This document shows positions 63,414-64,000 of a DNA stretch of 64,000 nt, piece after piece. The translations under genes and the position numbers were made by a program. This DNA is from Octopus sinensis. Taxonomy: Eukaryota. The notes below the pieces were generated by a model. It did not search any database. It worked only from the letters and a program-made list of their open reading frames with translations, and had not been told where the DNA came from. Location of the stretch: assembly GCF_006345805.1 (NCBI RefSeq), contig NC_043022.1:13578001-13642000 (forward strand), in the 5' to 3' direction. Within the stretch, counting starts at the first letter, position 1. Every line of letters begins with the position of its first letter.

Positions 63414-63491
63414 ATGCCGAAGGGTCGCTCAAGAGGAAGAGCTGGAAGAGGTCAAGGCGACGGGAGTCAAGCTGGTCCAAGACCTGGTCAG
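63414..63491 (+). CDS. First coding exon (63410-63491) of a downstream gene: MPKGRSRGRAGRGQGDGSQAGPRPGQ, RG-rich N-terminus (possibly Piwi-like)
   Basis: Acceptor TCTTTTTTCTTTCAG|63410, ATG in AAAAATGC context, 78 coding nt, donor CAG|GTAAGA (phase 0). The family guess rests only on the RG-rich composition. Confidence 0.7.
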
Positions 63492-63507
63492 GTAAGATTT
63501 GATCAGA

Positions 63508-64000
63508 TCATCATCGTTTAGCGTCCGCTTTCCATGCTAGCATGGGTTGGACGGTTCAACTGGGGTCTGGGAGGCCAGAAGGCTGCACCAGGCCCAGTCT
63601 GATCTGGCAATGTTTCTACGGCTGGATGCCCTTCCTAACGCCAACCACTCCGTGAGTGTAGTGGGTGATTTTTACGTGCCACTGGCACAGGTGCCAGACG
63701 GGGCTGGCAACAGCCACGGTAGGATGGTGCTTTTTACATGCCACCGGCACAGGGGCCAGGCGGGGCTGGCAACAGCCACGATCGGGTGGTGCTTTTTACA
63801 TGTCACCGGCACAGGGGCCGGGCGAGGCTGGCAAACAGTCACGGTCGGATGGTGTTCTTTACATGCCACCGGCACGGGCCAGGCGAGGCTGGCAACAGCC
63901 ACAGTCGGATGATGCTTTTTACATGCCACCGGCACAGGGACCCGGCGAGCCTGGCAACGGCCACGATCGGATGGTGGTTTTTACGTGCCACTGGCACGGG
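63508..64000 (-). mobile_element. (GAT)n-tailed RTE LINE 3' UTR with expanded ~57-bp subrepeats (runs off window)
   Basis: ATCATCATCGTTTAGCGTCC start, then repeated GGTGCTTTTTACATGCCACCGGCAC units. Confidence 0.85.

Overview
AT-rich, microsatellite-laden eukaryotic genomic DNA. The tRNA-derived SINE families, RTE-type LINEs and (TA)n/(TATC)n content point to an octopus genome (inference from repeat content). The main gene is a + strand multi-zinc-finger gene, reconstructed as three phase-compatible coding exons: 16412-16517, 20144-20992 and a giant 10,718-nt exon at 23294-34011. Together they give about 3,890 aa with 7 C2H2 and 3 C2HC fingers and a huge low-complexity C-terminal region partly built from 15-aa repeats. 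A second + strand gene appears to start near the end: a candidate promoter/non-coding exon at ~51.4-51.5 kb and a first coding exon at 63410-63491 encoding an RG-rich N-terminus. The rest is SINEs (three families), RTE LINE copies, a Helitron helicase fragment, non-autonomous Helitrons, piggyBac-, mariner- and Tigger-type MITEs, and many local tandem duplications. The most unexpected signals are RNA-structural. There are two well-formed type I hammerhead ribozyme folds: 37611-37745 (+), with a canonical core and an 80-nt loop II, and 45531-45581 (-), a minimal fold with a G3-C8 swapped core. A third, degenerate hammerhead-like motif sits in a 245-bp tandem repeat. Also notable are a 5 x 161-bp array whose units look like Pol III transcription units folding into a vault-RNA/tRNA-like panhandle, and a perfect spacer-less 206-bp palindrome. 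All structures were derived by eye; no search or folding program was run.
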